Part shown: piece by piece, positions 7,608-17,532 of the stretch | How the letters are laid out: the number at the start of each line of letters is the position of its first letter | Position numbering within the stretch: the stretch's first letter is position 1 | Source: an archaeon GW2011_AR5 | GTDB lineage: Archaea; Aenigmatarchaeota; Aenigmatarchaeia; GW2011-AR5 | Assembly: GCA_000806115.1 (NCBI GenBank) | Contig: JWKQ01000002.1 | Span: 52,497 to 116,496 of the forward strand | Direction of reading: 5' to 3' | DNA: 64,000 nucleotides | Made by a program: the position numbers and the translations under genes | The notes under the pieces: generated by a model | Databases searched by the model: none | Told to the model about the DNA's origin: nothing | Seen by the model: only the letters and a program-made list of their open reading frames with translations

Positions 7608-8420
7608 TTAATTCCACGCTTTCCCGTATACCACTGAGTATACTTCCTTAAGCCTTCTTTTAAGTTTATCTGGGCAGTTCCTTCCGTTGCCCGAGTACCC
7701 GCAGACGATTTTGTAGTAGAGGTCGAGCAGCCGTATGAAGTACGCGCGGGTTGGTTTTGTCATCTGGTCCACTTTGTGCCCTATGTCTTCCTCCTCCATT
7801 AGCAGGAGCCTCGGTTTCTCTGTGCACAGGTAAGGCGGCATTGCCGAGCCGTCAAGCGACCTCCCGGGCTCCGTGTAGACGAATGTTGTCAGCGGCCCGA
7901 AAGTTCTCGTGTACATGTTGTCAAAGCGGCGCTCGTCAAAGTCCATTCCGTCGTGCTTCCATCCTATCTTTACCCCGTTCCCCGACTGCCTGAAGAACTC
8001 CATGTCGCCAACCTGAAGCCTCTCGTAAGTGTTCCCGTTCATCTTTACATCCCGCCTTGGCACTTCCGAGCCGAGCATTATCTCGAACCGGCGGAGGTCC
8101 AGCCTGTCAAGAAGGTTTTGCACGGAATCTCTTCGCGCGTTCGACACTCTCCTTACCGCATCCGGGTCGTTTCCGGATGCTGCATGCTCGTCCGCTATGA
8201 GAACCGTGGTCCTGTCAAGTTCGGCCCTTTCCCTCACGAGTTCTGCAGTCAGCACAAGTCCGAGTGCATCGAACGGCATATGCTCCGTGATCCCGTTCCT
8301 GTTTGACAGCCCTATCCCAAAATAGCAGCCCGTTGAGTTTTCGAGGTCTGAGCCCGGAACAAAATCGGTTATGTGCGGCTCGTCTCCAAGTCTCCGCCCA
8401 AGCGCGCGTTCGCTAACCAT
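7608..8420 (-). CDS. Hypothetical protein, possibly a class I aaRS-like Rossmann fold
   Basis: ATG at 8420 overlaps racemase stop; YFGIG...VLIADEHA...RLQVGD pattern echoes the TyrRS/TrpRS core; no HIGH/KMSKS. Confidence 0.55.
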   Translation of the reverse strand: MVSERALGRRLGDEPHITDFVPGSDLENSTGCYFGIGLSNRNGITEHMPFDALGLVLTAELVRERAELDRTTVLIADEHAASGNDPDAVRRVSNARRDSVQNLLDRLDLRRFEIMLGSEVPRRDVKMNGNTYERLQVGDMEFFRQSGNGVKIGWKHDGMDFDERRFDNMYTRTFGPLTTFVYTEPGRSLDGSAMPPYLCTEKPRLLLMEEEDIGHKVDQMTKPTRAYFIRLLDLYYKIVCGYSGNGRNCPDKLKRRLKEVYSVVYGKAWN

Positions 8421-9096
8421 TCGTACCACCCATATGCTGGACCGCAGAATTTGCAAGGATTTCCATGGTGTCTATAATAGGTATGCTGACGTCGCGCTGC
8501 CCGATAACCAGCTGCAGGTCCGTGCATCCAAGTATGATGCCTTGCGCCCCGCGTTCTTCAAGCTCTTTGATGATGCCTATTAGTTCATTTTTCATGCCGG
8601 CGGACATCTTGCCCTGAAGTATGAAATGTATTATCTCGGACAGCCTTGCCTGGCGTTCCTCCGGAGGCTTAAGGACTGATACGCTGGCAAGTTTTGATTC
8701 TAGTATGCCGGACTCCGCGGTTTTCGTAGTCGCCAGAAGTCCCGCTCTCCTGATTTTCCTCCTTTCAACTTCTTTTGACGTCTCTTCCAGTATGCTCAGC
8801 ACAGGCTTGTCGGACGCCTTCCTTATATCTTCTATGAAAATGTGCAGCGTGTTGCATGGCAGGACGAGCACGTCGCACCTGTCTTCCAGAAGCCTCACGC
8901 TGTCAAGGAGAAGGGGCAGGAACTGTTCGAGGCATTTTCCGTGCTTTACCGCGGACTTTTCAAGCTCGAAGGGCACAGGGACGTTGTGGATGATTATGTC
9001 AGGATGCGCGCGCGCTTTCCTGCTTCTGTTCACTATTGACATGTAGAACTGTGCCGTTGTCTCGGGACCGAACCCGCCTATTATCCCGAGCCTCAT
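8413..9096 (-). CDS. Aspartate/glutamate racemase family protein
   Basis: LGIIGGFGPETT, LPCNTLH, ILGCTDL (two catalytic Cys). Confidence 0.92.
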   Translation of the reverse strand: MRLGIIGGFGPETTAQFYMSIVNRSRKARAHPDIIIHNVPVPFELEKSAVKHGKCLEQFLPLLLDSVRLLEDRCDVLVLPCNTLHIFIEDIRKASDKPVLSILEETSKEVERRKIRRAGLLATTKTAESGILESKLASVSVLKPPEERQARLSEIIHFILQGKMSAGMKNELIGIIKELEERGAQGIILGCTDLQLVIGQRDVSIPIIDTMEILANSAVQHMGGTNG

Positions 9097-9368
9097 GGCG
9101 ATTCCTCCAGTATCCTGAGAATAAGCATGCCTGTCTTGTTCAGTCTGACGGGCCTGGAGTTTTCATGAGTAACGGCTCCAGATGACTTTAATTTTTTGAA
9201 ATTCAGCTTCAGCGTGGAGAGCGGTATCGATTTCTCGCGCGATATGCGTGTAAGGAGCGCCGTAGACGTTTCTCCGCGTGTCTTTGAAATTTCCCTGAGA
9301 ATCAGGAGTTGATGGCAGCTGAGAGCCTTGAGTAAGAACGGTCCAAGCTTCTCGCCGCCGGATTCCAT
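9093..9368 (-). CDS. Winged-helix transcriptional regulator
   Basis: IPLSTLKLNFKKLKSSGAV...VRLNKTG; stop overlaps racemase start. Confidence 0.7.
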   Translation of the reverse strand: MESGGEKLGPFLLKALSCHQLLILREISKTRGETSTALLTRISREKSIPLSTLKLNFKKLKSSGAVTHENSRPVRLNKTGMLILRILEESP

Positions 9369-9403
9369 TGGTAGTCCATTGCACCAACCCTTGCCGAATT
9401 ATA

Positions 9404-9493
9404 GTTAACCCAGAAAAGATTTCGGACATGAATTCTGGGTTAACAGATAGCTCACAAGGAAGTAATATCCTGTTTAATTCCTTGTAGAGCTAT
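9404..9493 (+). repeat. Double-hairpin intergenic repeat, family 1, copy 1
   Basis: GTTAACCCAGAA/TTCTGGGTTAAC then ATAGCTCACAAGGAA/TTCCTTGT-A-GAGCTAT. Confidence 0.85.
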
Positions 9494-9560
9494 AATCAGC
9501 TGTTTAATTAACGCATAAGGGCTTTTAAGCATTCTGGGCAGCTTTGGCTGGCTTTCCTTG

Positions 9561-9610
9561 TATCTCACAAGGAAATAATATTGCCTAGATTGTTTCCTTG
9601 TAGAGCTATA
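9561..9610 (+). repeat. Family 1 repeat, second hairpin only
   Basis: CTCACAAGGAAATAAT/ATTGTTTCCTTGTAGAGCTATA. Confidence 0.8.
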
Positions 9611-9635
9611 AAGCGGGAAATACAGAAATAAGTTT

Positions 9636-10400
9636 ATGCTAATAGGCTCGCTAAATAATCCGGCAAACGACCTTCTCAGCGAAGTGAAGTGGATATCCAA
9701 TAACTTCGATTTCCTTGACCTGACGCTTGAGCTGCCGAAAGCCCATCCGGACAAAATAAAGATAAACGAACTAAGGAAGCTCATTGACAAAAAGAAGCTG
9801 CCCGTCGTCGGACACACGGCGTGGTACCTGCCGATAGGCTCGCCTTTCAAGGAACTGCGCGTTTATGCGCTGGGCGAGCTTGAGAAAAGCGCCGAAGTGT
9901 TTCAGAAGCTGGGTGCAAGGAAATTCAACGTCCATTTCGACCGCTCTCTGTCGCTTATACTGAAGGATTTCATGATTGAGACAAACATATGGTCCTTGAG
10001 GCGTCTCATAAAAATCGGGAAAAGGCATGATCTCAGGGTCATGGCGGAGAATACGCCGGGCTTGTTCAGCAATCCTGCGGTGCTTGACAGGATATTCGGG
10101 AAAGTTCCCGGCCTGCTGCTGCATCTTGATATAGCGCACGCGAACATAGCTCCCAGAAACCGGACGCCCGCCATCATGAAAAAGCTTTCTAAAAAGCTCA
10201 CTCACATACATATAAGCGGGAACCATGGCAAGCAGGACGAGCATCTGCCCATCGGGAAAGGGAACATAGACTGGAAGGCGATGCTGGGTGCTGTTAAAAG
10301 GGCTGGATACGATGATACAATAAGCCTTGAGGTATTCACAAGTACGAAAGACAGGCTGAAGGACAGGCCTAAATTGAGGAAAATATGGAACAATTTATAA
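9636..10400 (+). CDS. Sugar phosphate isomerase/epimerase (xylose isomerase-like TIM barrel)
   Basis: AEN, LHLDIAHAN, HIHISGNHGKQDEHLPIGKGNIDW, ISLE. Confidence 0.88.
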   Translation: MLIGSLNNPANDLLSEVKWISNNFDFLDLTLELPKAHPDKIKINELRKLIDKKKLPVVGHTAWYLPIGSPFKELRVYALGELEKSAEVFQKLGARKFNVHFDRSLSLILKDFMIETNIWSLRRLIKIGKRHDLRVMAENTPGLFSNPAVLDRIFGKVPGLLLHLDIAHANIAPRNRTPAIMKKLSKKLTHIHISGNHGKQDEHLPIGKGNIDWKAMLGAVKRAGYDDTISLEVFTSTKDRLKDRPKLRKIWNNL

Positions 10401-10455
10401 AGAATGAGGATGAATAACTAAATGTGCCTAGTTCTGTTTCAGGGATTGATATTGT

Positions 10456-11694
10456 ATGGTTAGCGTAGATGTATTAGGCAGCGGTTCGGAGGTCGGGCGC
10501 AGCTCTATAGTAGTTTCAGGCGGGAAGCGCATTGTAATGGACTGCGGCGTGAAAATCCAGCCTGAGCCGCCGAAATATCCGACAATAGAAAAGGTTGACG
10601 CGGCGGTTATATCGCACGCGCACCTGGACCACGTGGGCGCCGCTCCGATGCTGTTCAGGAAAGGCAAGATGCCTGTCTACATGAATGACATAACGCTGGA
10701 GCTCGGAACCATGCTCGTCAAGGACTCGATGAAAGTCGCGCAAAAGGAGGGTTTCCACGTGCCTTTTGACAAGAGCCACGTCAAGAGGATGGTAAAGAAC
10801 ACAAAAATCGTCCGTTACAATGAAAAATTCCGCGTCGGCGATTTCTCGTGCAGCTTGTGGCACTCAGGGCACATACCAGGCTCGTCATCCGTCCTGATTG
10901 ACTCAGGAAAGAAGATTTTTTACACCGCCGACATCCAGACCAGGCCAAGCCATCTGCTCGAGCCGTGCAAGCTGCCTGCAAAGGTTGACACGCTGATTCT
11001 TGAGAGCACGTACGGCATGAAAGTCCAGGCTGACAGGAAGAAGGAGGAAAAAAGGCTTATTGAAGCCATCGAAGAGACCATATCAAATGACGGCGTGGCG
11101 CTGATGCCTGTGTTCGCCGTCGGCCGCGCGCAGGAAGTGATGCTGATACTGAAGGATTACATGAATAAGATTGCTCTCGACGGTATGGTGAAACTTGCCA
11201 GCGAGATTGTCGCCCAATATGGCAGCTACATAAAAACCCCCAAAGAGTTCAGGGACATGCTGAAGAAGGTAAAATTCATCAGAACCAACGAGGAGCGCGC
11301 GGCTGCGCTGAAGAAATATCCGATTATAATCGCGTCAGCCGGCATGCTTGGCGGGGGACCGGCCGTCCATTATTTGAGGGAAATGCAAAGCATGCGGGAA
11401 GGCAAGGTTCTTTTCTCAGGCTTCCTTGTTGAGGACAGCCCGGGAAGAAATCTCATAGAAACAAAAATCTTTGAGAACGATGAAGAGCGCTTTCACGTTT
11501 CAGGAGATTTGCAGCAGCTCGAGCTTAGCGCGCATGCCGACAGGAACGGCTTGATGGATATAGTGCGCCGCACAAGGCCGGAAAGGGTCATATGCGTCCA
11601 TGGAGACAAGTGTGCCGAGTTTGCGAAGGACATAGAGGAAGAGTTCAAGATACAGGCTTTCGCCCCAAAGAACGGGGAAAGTATCAGGGTTTAG
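10456..11694 (+). CDS. Beta-CASP metallo-beta-lactamase ribonuclease (aCPSF2-like)
   Basis: EVGRS, SHAHLDHVG, GHIPGS, ESTYG, FAVGRAQE, SAHAD, VHG. Confidence 0.92.
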   Translation: MVSVDVLGSGSEVGRSSIVVSGGKRIVMDCGVKIQPEPPKYPTIEKVDAAVISHAHLDHVGAAPMLFRKGKMPVYMNDITLELGTMLVKDSMKVAQKEGFHVPFDKSHVKRMVKNTKIVRYNEKFRVGDFSCSLWHSGHIPGSSSVLIDSGKKIFYTADIQTRPSHLLEPCKLPAKVDTLILESTYGMKVQADRKKEEKRLIEAIEETISNDGVALMPVFAVGRAQEVMLILKDYMNKIALDGMVKLASEIVAQYGSYIKTPKEFRDMLKKVKFIRTNEERAAALKKYPIIIASAGMLGGGPAVHYLREMQSMREGKVLFSGFLVEDSPGRNLIETKIFENDEERFHVSGDLQQLELSAHADRNGLMDIVRRTRPERVICVHGDKCAEFAKDIEEEFKIQAFAPKNGESIRV

Positions 11695-12353
11695 GACTTT
11701 TTTATTCTCACTCTTAACGGATAGTCTATAGGAGCATTAATTCTCTCGATTGAATGGTTGTATTCCGCGAGAACCCGTCTTTGATTCCTGCCGTTGGGGC
11801 TTGGATTATTCCCAAGATAAGGCCATAGTTGAATGTCGCCGCCGCATTTTAGTACCCTGAAAGACTCTGCAACTGCCTGTGCAAATAACAATTCTTCTTC
11901 GTCGAGTCCTTTTGCTATGCAATTTATAGAATAGATAAAATCGAATGTTTTGTCTTCAAACGGAAGCGAACCTGCCAGTGCAGAAGCGTATCTGCCGCTT
12001 TTTATATGAGACCAAAAACTCCGTCTGTTTGCTTCAGTGCCGGACCTGAACTGTGCAGCCGCATCTGGCCCGTATCTTTCTGCAATCTTCCGAGATTGCC
12101 CGTCTACGACCTGGTCCACCTGTGTTTTTAGTGATTGCAGGCTCCTGTAGCGCATGTCAACCCCGACGGCAACTGCGCCGGATTCGCTCAGGTAACGAAC
12201 GCAATCGCTTTCGCCAGAGCCTATGTCAAGGATTCTTAATCCGCGCACGTTGGAAGGGAATCCTATGACTTGGCGTCCTGCAGAATAAGACATTGCAGAC
12301 GGGTGCAATTTTCTTGAAAACATAGCTTCATTCTTTTGTGAATATTGGCGCAT
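11691..12353 (-). CDS. Class I SAM-dependent methyltransferase
   Basis: ILDIGSG, LPFEDKTFDFI, RVLKCGG. Confidence 0.8.
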   Translation of the reverse strand: MRQYSQKNEAMFSRKLHPSAMSYSAGRQVIGFPSNVRGLRILDIGSGESDCVRYLSESGAVAVGVDMRYRSLQSLKTQVDQVVDGQSRKIAERYGPDAAAQFRSGTEANRRSFWSHIKSGRYASALAGSLPFEDKTFDFIYSINCIAKGLDEEELLFAQAVAESFRVLKCGGDIQLWPYLGNNPSPNGRNQRRVLAEYNHSIERINAPIDYPLRVRIKKS

Positions 12354-12385
12354 TGAATTTGGATAGCCAAAATTAATTTAAAGAT

Positions 12386-12640
12386 TCAAGGACGTCCGTC
12401 TATCTTCCTGAGCGTATTGTCAAAATGCGTTCTTCCCTTGCTTGTTATAATGTATGTACCGCGTCCCCTGACGAGTCCGGATTTTTTCATTGCAGAAAGA
12501 GACTTTGTCACGTGAGGCTTGCTTATCCTCATGGACTCCGCTATCTGTTCGCTTGTCTTCGGAGTTTCCTTGATTTCCGAAAGTATAATCGCATCCTTAA
12601 GCGTCCTGACCATTTCCACACCCAAACTATCTGTTAGCAT
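12386..12640 (-). CDS. Small winged-helix DNA-binding protein
   Basis: TSEQIAESMRISKPHVTKSLSAMKKSGLV...YIITSKG. Confidence 0.75.
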   Translation of the reverse strand: MLTDSLGVEMVRTLKDAIILSEIKETPKTSEQIAESMRISKPHVTKSLSAMKKSGLVRGRGTYIITSKGRTHFDNTLRKIDGRP

Positions 12641-12726
12641 GGAAAATCTATTTAATCCAATCTGGCGTTTTTATTTTATGGTGTTTTTGGAAAGATTTTC
12701 AAATAGTCTTGCAATAAATTATAGTT

Positions 12727-13637
12727 ATGATTGAGATAGACGGCTCAAGCGGCGAGGGCGGTGGGCAAATCATAAGAACAGCTGTGGCGCTTTCCGCGAT
12801 TACAGGCAAGCCTTGCATGATAGAGAAAATCCGCGCAGGCAGACCGAACCCCGGTTTGCAGGCGCAGCATCTCACAGCCGTCAAAGCCGTGGCGAAGATA
12901 TGCGGCGCCGAAACAGATGCCGGCATCGGAAGCACTTCCCTGATGTTCAAGCCCGGCACCATTCGGGGCGGGCAGCACGAGATAGACATAGGGACGGCAG
13001 GCGCGGTTTCTCTTGTTCTTCAATCAGTTATTCTCCCCTCGCTCCACGCAGAGCATCCTACATCGATTACAATAAAAGGAGGCACTCATGTGAGATGGAG
13101 CCCGAGCATGGACTATATGCAGAATATATTTTGCTACTACATGAAAAAACTTGGGCTCGGAGCCGACATCAGTATAGAACAGCATGGATTTTATCCGCGC
13201 GGAGGCGGCGTGATAAAAGCGAAGATAATTCCGGGCAATCCAAAGCCGCTTGACATGACAGAACGCGGCGACCTGATAGCCTACGAAGCGACAAGCATAG
13301 CGTCCGCCGACTTGCAGAAGAGTCAGGTTGCAGAACGGCAGTTGAAAAGGGTTGAAAAGATTTTTCCGTTGTCCAGAAGGAACATAGCGTATTTCCAGAC
13401 CGCAAGTCCGGGCTCAGCCGTGCACGTGTCTGCCGTGACATGGACTCAGGGGCGTGCTTCGACCGTCACATGTCAGACCAGATTCTGCCTTTTCTGGCAT
13501 TTGCAAAAAATGACAGCAGGATAAAAGTCGCGGAGATTACGGGACATGTAAGGACAAATATCCAGGTAATCGAGAAGTTCCTTCCTGTGAAGTTTGAAAT
13601 CGACGAAGCGGGAAAAATAATAAGAGTGAAAGTATGA
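12727..13637 (+). pseudogene. rtcA: RNA 3'-terminal phosphate cyclase, broken by a frameshift and probable internal deletion near 13440
   Basis: IDGSSGEGGGQIIR, RPNPGLQAQH, GGTHVRWSP, GFYPRGGG in one frame; DRHMSDQILPFLA...TGHVRTNI (catalytic His) in another frame. Confidence 0.8.
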
Positions 13638-14197
13638 TGAAAAAAGACTCCGTATTTTTAACAAGAAATTTTGTGAAATCCAAGTTTATGAAAAATCCCC
13701 ATTATAGTTTCGATAACTGGGTCGTGATGTACGCGCATAGTCTCAACGTGGAAAAGATGGCTGTCAAGATATCAAAAGGAACAAAATGCGACCGGCAGGT
13801 CTTGTCCATAGGGTCTCTCCTGCACGACATTGGCAAAACATACAAAACCGATAAGGGCACACTCCACAAGCATCATGAAGATTTTAACCTGGTAGTCAGT
13901 GAAAATTTTCTTGGTACGCTGGGTTTGGACAAGAAAAGCCTGGATAAAATAAAGAAAATTATATCTTACAAGAGCAAGTCGGTGGAAATGAGAATTATAA
14001 AAGATGCCGACGCAATCGCATTTTATTACGACAAGAGGCTCAACATGCTTTTCCTGAACTGGGCAAGAAGGAATCGCCTGGGGGACGCTATAGAGAGGAA
14101 GCTCAGGAAGTTTGATAAGCTGAGATTCGAAGCGAGCAGAAAAATCGGAAAACCCTGGTTCGAGAGGATGAAAAAAGACTGGAAAATCAATTCTTGA
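13634..14197 (+). CDS. HD-domain protein
   Basis: HSLNV, LLHDIGK, HH, IKDAD. Confidence 0.8.
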   Translation: MMKKDSVFLTRNFVKSKFMKNPHYSFDNWVVMYAHSLNVEKMAVKISKGTKCDRQVLSIGSLLHDIGKTYKTDKGTLHKHHEDFNLVVSENFLGTLGLDKKSLDKIKKIISYKSKSVEMRIIKDADAIAFYYDKRLNMLFLNWARRNRLGDAIERKLRKFDKLRFEASRKIGKPWFERMKKDWKINS

Positions 14198-15884
14198 GCA
14201 TCTTTCTCATCTTTTCCAGCGGGTAAGAATTAATTATCGAACTCTTTGGCGCCCATCCCCTGCGCGCGGTGGCCACTCCTATTCTCATATATCTCAGGTC
14301 CGCTATGCTGTGCGCGTCCGTATTTACGGCAAGAAAGCACCCCGCGTCGATCGCGGCTTTTGTATTTACGTCGTTCAGATCCAGCCTTTCCGGCTGGGAA
14401 TTTATTTCCAATACGGTATTTGTTTCTGCCGCCTTCTCGGTTATCTTTGTAATATCAAGCCGGACTCCGTCGCGCCTGTCAATCAGCCTGCCCGACGGAT
14501 GCCCGATTATGTCTACATTCGGGTTTTCCATTGCAGAAAGTACCCGTTGTGTGCCGTCTCCTTTCAAGCCCGAGTGAAGCGAGGCTGTGACTATGTCAAG
14601 CTTCCTCAGGACTGCGTCAGACACGGCAAATTTCCCGTCAAGCCCTATGTCAATCTCGCCGCCCTGGAGTATTTGTATATCAGCCTTCTTCCTGACTTTT
14701 TCTATTTCCCTGCTTTGCTGCTCGACGCGTTTTTTGTCCATCGCTCTTGCTATTGCAAGCTTGCCTATGTGGTCCGATATGCAGATGTATTCATAGCCCA
14801 TTTTCCCGGCGGCATTTGCCATTTCCTCTACGGTATTGGACCCGTCGCTCCATTTTGTGTGCACGTGCAGGTCTCCTTTGATGTCTCCGTAGCCGATGAG
14901 TCCGGGGAGTTTGTGCTTCTTTGCCGCCTCCAGTTCTCCCCTGTTCTCGCGCATCTCGGGCTCGATGTAGTCCATGCCTAAGCAGCGATAAACATCCTGC
15001 TCCGTTCGTCCCGCAAGAAACTTCTTCCCTCTGAAAAGTCCGTATTCGCTGAGCTTAAGTCGCCTGGAAATCGCTATCTTTCTCATTTCTATGTTGTGCT
15101 CCTTGGAACCCGTGAAATAAAGCAGCGCCGAGCCGTATTCTTTTTCCGGGAGCGCGCGCAGGTCCACTTGTATCCCGTTGAAAAGGTTGACAGAAGCCTT
15201 TGTGGGTCCCGTTGCAATAACCCGCGCAACCATGCTCATTTTCGTGAAGAATTTTATGACCGAGTCCGGCTTTTCTGATGAAACAAGTATGTCTATGTCG
15301 CCTATCGTCTCTTTCATTCGCCTCAGCGAGCCCGCGGCGTCTATCCTACGGATGTCCTTGCACTTTTTCATTTCCTTTATTATTTCGTCGGAGAGCGTCA
15401 GAGCGTGCCCCAGAAGCATTCTCCCGCCGCGCTTCTTCGATGCTTCTATGCTCCTTATTATGTTCTGCTCCGTTTTCTCCTTCAGGCTCGGTATCTTCCT
15501 AAGCTTTCCGGACTTTGCCGCCTTCTCCAGCTGTTCGAGGTTCTTTATGCCGAGTTTTTCGTAGAAGAGCTTCACTTTTTTCGGCCCGACGCCCTCTATC
15601 GCAAGCATGTCGGCAAAGCCCGGCGGCAACCCTTTCTTCAGCTCGTCGAGATATTTCAGCCTTCCTTTTTTCAGGTATTCGTCGATCTTCTCGGCGATTC
15701 CCCTGCCAACGCCCGGTATGGAGTCCAGTTTGCCTTGTTTCCATGCCTCCCCGACATCCGTAGGCATCGCTTCTACTGCCTGCGCAGCCCGCCGGTAAGC
15801 CCTTATCTTGAATATCATCTCGCCGCGTATCTCAAGCAGGTCCGCTATGTCATAAAGCAGTTTGGCAACTTCCCGGTTTTTCAT
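14187..15884 (-). CDS. polX: DNA polymerase X with PHP domain
   Basis: AYRRAA, IPGVG HhH, GSLRRMKETIGDIDIL, YFTGSKEHN, DLHVHT, NTDAH. Confidence 0.95.
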   Translation of the reverse strand: MKNREVAKLLYDIADLLEIRGEMIFKIRAYRRAAQAVEAMPTDVGEAWKQGKLDSIPGVGRGIAEKIDEYLKKGRLKYLDELKKGLPPGFADMLAIEGVGPKKVKLFYEKLGIKNLEQLEKAAKSGKLRKIPSLKEKTEQNIIRSIEASKKRGGRMLLGHALTLSDEIIKEMKKCKDIRRIDAAGSLRRMKETIGDIDILVSSEKPDSVIKFFTKMSMVARVIATGPTKASVNLFNGIQVDLRALPEKEYGSALLYFTGSKEHNIEMRKIAISRRLKLSEYGLFRGKKFLAGRTEQDVYRCLGMDYIEPEMRENRGELEAAKKHKLPGLIGYGDIKGDLHVHTKWSDGSNTVEEMANAAGKMGYEYICISDHIGKLAIARAMDKKRVEQQSREIEKVRKKADIQILQGGEIDIGLDGKFAVSDAVLRKLDIVTASLHSGLKGDGTQRVLSAMENPNVDIIGHPSGRLIDRRDGVRLDITKITEKAAETNTVLEINSQPERLDLNDVNTKAAIDAGCFLAVNTDAHSIADLRYMRIGVATARRGWAPKSSIINSYPLEKMRKMLKN

Positions 15885-15961
15885 GTTATTAGTTGTCAAG
15901 CCAAAGGTAAAAAGCGTGCGTCCTCAAAACCTATTTATTGGGCGGCGTGTCAATTATCAAA

Positions 15962-16534
15962 ATGCACGTGACTAAAATCTATGAGAAGGATGCCGGGACA
16001 AGGCTCGTTTCTGATATTTTTGACAATATACTGGTAAACGGCGATTTCAAGTTTGAAAGCATCGAGCTTCATGTCCGCGACAAAGCCGTGTCCTTTATTG
16101 ACGACGAAAAAGCCGTTATCTGCCTGGATTATAACGACCCTTTCATAAGGGAGATGGATGCAAGGGGTATCAGAATATTGCTTGTACATGAACTGTTCAG
16201 GCTGACGTTCAAGTTTGATGTGCCTAAGCATGTAGAAGACGTCATCATAGGCCGTGAGATGCTAAGGCGCGGTTACGGGGATGAGCTCCTCTATCTCTAT
16301 TATAACAGGCTGCTGCAGGGCGGGTATGAAGGCATTGAAGGCTGCGTAAGAGCCAATCTTCCGTGGATTATCTTCTCCAAGCATGACAAGTACGATTCGG
16401 AGCTGCTGAAGAAGCAGGCCGCGAAAATATGCGGGAAGAAGTTTGACTGCCGGAGGCTGTTTGATGTGCTTGTGGACCTGTCGCAAAAGACTATTCCCAA
16501 AGCCGCTGAAGAATACACAAAGCTGGTGAAATGA
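15962..16534 (+). CDS. Hypothetical protein (LVHELF, zincin-like remnant)
   Basis: ORF translationally coupled to the next gene. Confidence 0.6.
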   Translation: MHVTKIYEKDAGTRLVSDIFDNILVNGDFKFESIELHVRDKAVSFIDDEKAVICLDYNDPFIREMDARGIRILLVHELFRLTFKFDVPKHVEDVIIGREMLRRGYGDELLYLYYNRLLQGGYEGIEGCVRANLPWIIFSKHDKYDSELLKKQAAKICGKKFDCRRLFDVLVDLSQKTIPKAAEEYTKLVK

Positions 16535-17361
16535 TGCAAATCGTGAAATACAAATGGGAAACCGGTCAGGCGCTGTCGTCGCTTAATTCGGAACCTTTCC
16601 TGTTCGCCAGGGAAGACGGCAGGATGGAAAAAATCAAGCTTTTTGACAAAAAACTTGACATAAAAATCGGTGAGAAATACTGCATCGGTTATTATAAAAA
16701 AGGCCGGCATTTCGACTGCCCGAAGAAGCGTGTCGTTGATAACGAGCGCGTCTGCAGAGAATGCGCCCTGAATGACGACTTCTTCCTTTGCATGAAGTGC
16801 ACGGGTGAGGAATGCATCAACGAGCCGCAGCGCGCAAGCTGCACAGAGAACATGTACTTCATTTATCTGGCCGCTTTCAATTCAATGCTCAAGGTTGGAA
16901 TATCATACCAGTTCAGGATAATGGAGCGCCTTGTCGAGCAGGGCGCCGACATGGGCGCCAAGATCGGGCTTGTCAGGGACGGGAAAACCGCCCGGCAGAT
17001 AGAACAGAAGATAGGAAGGGAACTTAACATTATAGACAGGGTCAGCGGGATTGACAAGCAGAAGATGCTGTTTGGCAACATCAATGTGGCCGCCGTGAAC
17101 ATATTCAACGCATACAGCAGGCTGAAGTCCAATGGGTTCGGTTCGTATCTTATCAGCCCTGAAATATACAACCTCCAAGGCATCTACAGGCTTTCTGCCG
17201 TCAGCCGGATGCCGGTGCCGCTTGAATTGAAGGACGGAACCTGCATAAGCGGCGATGTCCTTGCCGCAAAGGGGAACATAATAGTGATAAAGAACGAAAC
17301 GGGGCTGTTCTCGGTGAATGCCAGCAAGCTTCTTGGATGCGGCGTAGAACTGCTTAATTAG
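16531..17361 (+). CDS. DUF2797-like Cys-rich protein
   Basis: YCIG..CP..CREC..C..C; IYLAAF..KVGIS..RLVEQGA. Confidence 0.7.
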   Translation: MMQIVKYKWETGQALSSLNSEPFLFAREDGRMEKIKLFDKKLDIKIGEKYCIGYYKKGRHFDCPKKRVVDNERVCRECALNDDFFLCMKCTGEECINEPQRASCTENMYFIYLAAFNSMLKVGISYQFRIMERLVEQGADMGAKIGLVRDGKTARQIEQKIGRELNIIDRVSGIDKQKMLFGNINVAAVNIFNAYSRLKSNGFGSYLISPEIYNLQGIYRLSAVSRMPVPLELKDGTCISGDVLAAKGNIIVIKNETGLFSVNASKLLGCGVELLN

Positions 17362-17384
17362 ATTATTAAATTATTATATACGAA

Positions 17385-17530
17385 GACGGTGTCTGAGTCA
17401 AACCCTTTCTTGGGGTACAAGCAAGAGTTTGCTCTTGCTGTACAGCATGAACTTTGTTCATGCTTGTAAGACCTAGACCTAAAGTACATGACGCTAAAGC
17501 GTCGTTCGGTATCGGGAAAGAAGGGATTGG
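17385..17530. repeat. Multi-hairpin intergenic element, family 2
   Basis: Hairpins 17415-17443, 17444-17464, 17490-17503; first hairpin resembles 25021-25047 in reverse orientation. Confidence 0.6.
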
Positions 17531-17532
17531 TA

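Noticed and set aside
9404-9610. CRISPR array
   Set aside because: Only two partial palindromic copies locally, with no regular repeat-spacer period and no cas genes.
9452-9850. 132-aa minus-strand ORF
   Set aside because: Antisense to the TIM-barrel gene and reads through the repeat; a shadow ORF.
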